Shown here one piece after another: positions 29,897 to 32,012 of a stretch of 32,012 nucleotides of DNA. Both the position numbers and the translations under genes were made by a program. Each line of letters begins with the position of its first letter. Position 1 is the stretch's first letter. Under the pieces are notes generated by a model, which did not search any database, had not been told where the DNA came from, and was given only the letters and a program-made list of their open reading frames with translations. The stretch comes from an uncultured Nitrospina sp. (lineage in GTDB: Bacteria; Nitrospinota; Nitrospinia; Nitrospinales; VA-1). The stretch covers positions 1 through 32,012 of the forward strand of contig CAZMBO010000005.1 in the NCBI GenBank assembly GCA_964564655.1, in the 5' to 3' direction.

Positions 29897-30952
29897 TTAG
29901 GTTTTCAAGATTTCTTTGAGGGTATTTATAACTATTTCGGGTGTTAAGTTATCCTGGTGTCTGTCATCAAGGACCACGCTTTTCAGGTGTCTCGGTCCCC
30001 AACGTAGAATTTCTCCGTGCTTGAATATAACGCAGGCGGGTTTTTCAACAGCCGAGGCCAAATGCATGATACCTGTGTGGTTGCATAAAAGAACATCGCA
30101 TTGTTGTATCAGAAGCGCAAGCTCTTTTGTTTTTACCAGTGGTAAGAGTCGGGGTTGGAATTTCATCTTTGCAATATGAGATCTCAGCTTTGCTTCTTCC
30201 CCGGGTCCATTGATCAACCAGATGTCGGCGATTTTATTTTTCAGGATATTTTCCATTACAGCCTGAAACTTCTCCCATTGCCAGCCCCATTCAGCAATAC
30301 GAGTTTCCGTTTTAACGAGAATAAGAGGTTGTTCTTTTTTTTCTGACTTCATGAGCCCCTCTATTTTTATTTTTTCATTGTCGTTAAAGTAGATTTTAGG
30401 TTGTGAGATGATTTGCGGTACCCCTATATACTTAAGCAGCGCCAGATTGTTTTCGATTTCATGGCAAGGGAACGTTTCGATAGGAAGCCGTATATTATAT
30501 TTACATGAATTTTGTGGGTGGAGATAACCAGCCATCATTTTGGCATTAGAACACAACGTGAAGAAAGTGGCTGAGGCACTGAATTTTTTATTGAGGGTGA
30601 TAGCCAGATCAAATTTTTCTTTGCGGCAGTCAAGAATGACACGCCAGAACCGCCTGCGTCGCATTCTAATAATCTTATGAATCTTAGGGTTGTCTTTCAA
30701 GACTTCCGCTTGTAAGGGGTTTACCATCACTGTGATTTTTAAATGTGGAAAAGAGGTTTTTAAAGATTCATAAACCGGTGTTGACAGTATGACATCCCCC
30801 AGTCTGTCAGAGCGAACTACAAGCACATTGGAAATTTTTGAAAAATCAAGGGGCAAAGGAGCCAAGGGAACATTTTTCTTGGCAAACAGTCTGAATAATA
30901 TCCAGAGACTATTTTTTATATAGTATTCGACGGATCGTAGGAACTTGCTCAT
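29897..30952 (-). CDS. Glycosyltransferase family 9 (LPS heptosyltransferase-like)
   Basis: RSDRLGDVIL..P, LK..FP, HEIE..L, GPGEE, TGIMHLA.A, WGP. Confidence 0.88.
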   Translation of the reverse strand: MSKFLRSVEYYIKNSLWILFRLFAKKNVPLAPLPLDFSKISNVLVVRSDRLGDVILSTPVYESLKTSFPHLKITVMVNPLQAEVLKDNPKIHKIIRMRRRRFWRVILDCRKEKFDLAITLNKKFSASATFFTLCSNAKMMAGYLHPQNSCKYNIRLPIETFPCHEIENNLALLKYIGVPQIISQPKIYFNDNEKIKIEGLMKSEKKEQPLILVKTETRIAEWGWQWEKFQAVMENILKNKIADIWLINGPGEEAKLRSHIAKMKFQPRLLPLVKTKELALLIQQCDVLLCNHTGIMHLASAVEKPACVIFKHGEILRWGPRHLKSVVLDDRHQDNLTPEIVINTLKEILKT

Positions 30953-31030
30953 GCTTGACTTAAATTATTACGGAGTGGTGTTCGATTCGGAGGCAGCGAT
31001 TTCAGATTTTAGAATTTTGATTGTTACCCA

Positions 31031-31201
31031 CTAGTCCAGTGGAAGGGCTTCCTCAATGAGCATAACAGGTATATTGCCTCTAATAGGGTATTTCAAACTG
31101 CAAGCTTTACAGTCGAGGCTATCCTCGTTAGTGCTCAATTCAAGATCACCCTTGCATTTTGGACAAACTAGAATATCCAATAATTTTTTATCAATTGCCA
31201 T
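31031..31201 (-). CDS. Trm112/YcaR (UPF0434) family small protein, absent from the supplied ORF track
   Basis: Hand translation, 56 aa: MAIDKKLLDILVCPKCKGDLELSTNEDSLDCKACSLKYPIRGNIPVMLIEEALPLD. LLDILVCP..KG.L and YPI..IPVML signatures; SD GGAG upstream. Confidence 0.93.
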   Translation of the reverse strand: MAIDKKLLDILVCPKCKGDLELSTNEDSLDCKACSLKYPIRGNIPVMLIEEALPLD

Positions 31202-31219
31202 AAAATTTCTCCACTTAGC

Positions 31220-32012
31220 TTAAATAGTACTTTTTTGGTTGGATCGAACAGATTCAAACACTTCGTCTACAGTCACTTGCTTCATACATTCGTTGGTTCC
31301 AAGCGGACACTTTTTTTTCCAACAGAAACTGCAGGTCAATATTTTATATACTGTTTGGTGATTCAACCCGTAAGCCCCATTTCGCACAGGGTCGGTAGGC
31401 CCAAATATCGACACAGTAGGGATGCCGAGTGCTGCGCATAGATGGAGCGGCCCTGAATCACAACTTACCAGCAGTGTTAGGTGTTTGTAAAGGGCGATAG
31501 ATTCCTGAATGGAAGTGGGTGGGGCAACCCAGCATTTCTGTTTCATAGATGCAGCGATTTGTTTGGTTTTGTGCTCTTCTCCTGGTCCCCAGGTCAATAG
31601 TATGGAGCAGTTAAGTTCAACAGTTATGCGATCTGCTAATTGTGCGAATCGTTCCAGTTCCCAAAGTTTACTTTCGAATCCAGCTCCAGGGTTGATACCA
31701 ATGATGTTTTTGGAAGTGAGTTCGGGGTGGTGCTGAAAAAAGTCTTCCACTTTTTGGTGCCGAATTTCAGGAAGGGGAAATTGCTTTACTTTGTTTTGGA
31801 TTTCCAAAGCAGATTGCACCAGGGTCAGATACATATCTATAACATGAATTCCGCCAGCCATATAAGGCGCTTTTTTATTAAAAAAGATCGAACTGATTTT
31901 TTCCTTACAGTTTTTTCTGTGGAATCCAGACTTAATGCGCGCGCCACTTAGCATGGCAATCACACCACTTTTTATCAGACCATGTAAGTCGAAAACCACA
32001 TCAAAGTTTTGT
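31220..32012 (-). CDS. Glycosyltransferase family 9 heptosyltransferase (WaaC/WaaF-like), 5'-truncated by window edge
   Basis: Frame is open to the window end (QNFDVVFDLHGLIKS). INPGA...K.W, WGPGE, DSGPLHL.AALG.P...FGPT, C-terminal CSFC...C....CM. Confidence 0.92.
   Translation of the reverse strand, partial: QNFDVVFDLHGLIKSGVIAMLSGARIKSGFHRKNCKEKISSIFFNKKAPYMAGGIHVIDMYLTLVQSALEIQNKVKQFPLPEIRHQKVEDFFQHHPELTSKNIIGINPGAGFESKLWELERFAQLADRITVELNCSILLTWGPGEEHKTKQIAASMKQKCWVAPPTSIQESIALYKHLTLLVSCDSGPLHLCAALGIPTVSIFGPTDPVRNGAYGLNHQTVYKILTCSFCWKKKCPLGTNECMKQVTVDEVFESVRSNQKSTI

Noticed and set aside
30980-30988. tRNA T-loop-like GTTCGATTC
   Set aside because: No flanking T-stem, acceptor stem or cloverleaf can be formed.

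Overview
A gene-dense, moderately AT-rich bacterial core-chromosome window with about 31 CDS and one RNA gene. No mobile element, CRISPR array, rRNA or tRNA was found. Order: partial PHP phosphoesterase | yebC-ruvC-ruvA-ruvB (-) | Fe-S protein + non-covalent-FAD fumarate-reductase-like flavoprotein + membrane-anchored NERD protein + secreted hypothetical (+) | yajC-secD-secF | C4 zinc-ribbon protein overlapping RNase P RNA (rnpB) | PAP2 phosphatase | DUF2065-lipoprotein-hda-oleC (-) | two tandem DegP/DegQ proteases-ligA | RhlB-like helicase (-) | type-E succinate dehydrogenase sdhA-sdhB-CCG subunit + DASS transporter | GT9-Trm112-GT9-gcvPB (-). The gene content is reminiscent of Nitrospinota or deltaproteobacteria-like lineages; this is an unverified inference. 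The most notable points are: (1) two architecturally different succinate/fumarate oxidoreductases, one lacking any anchor, lacking the covalent-FAD His and possibly on a leaderless mRNA, which makes it a candidate soluble rTCA fumarate reductase; (2) an apparently catalytically dead NERD protein 14 bp downstream of it; (3) an orphan oleC overlapping hda; (4) rnpB overlapping a stop codon; (5) a candidate structured RNA upstream of sdhA. All product calls come from motif recognition by eye; no searches were run.
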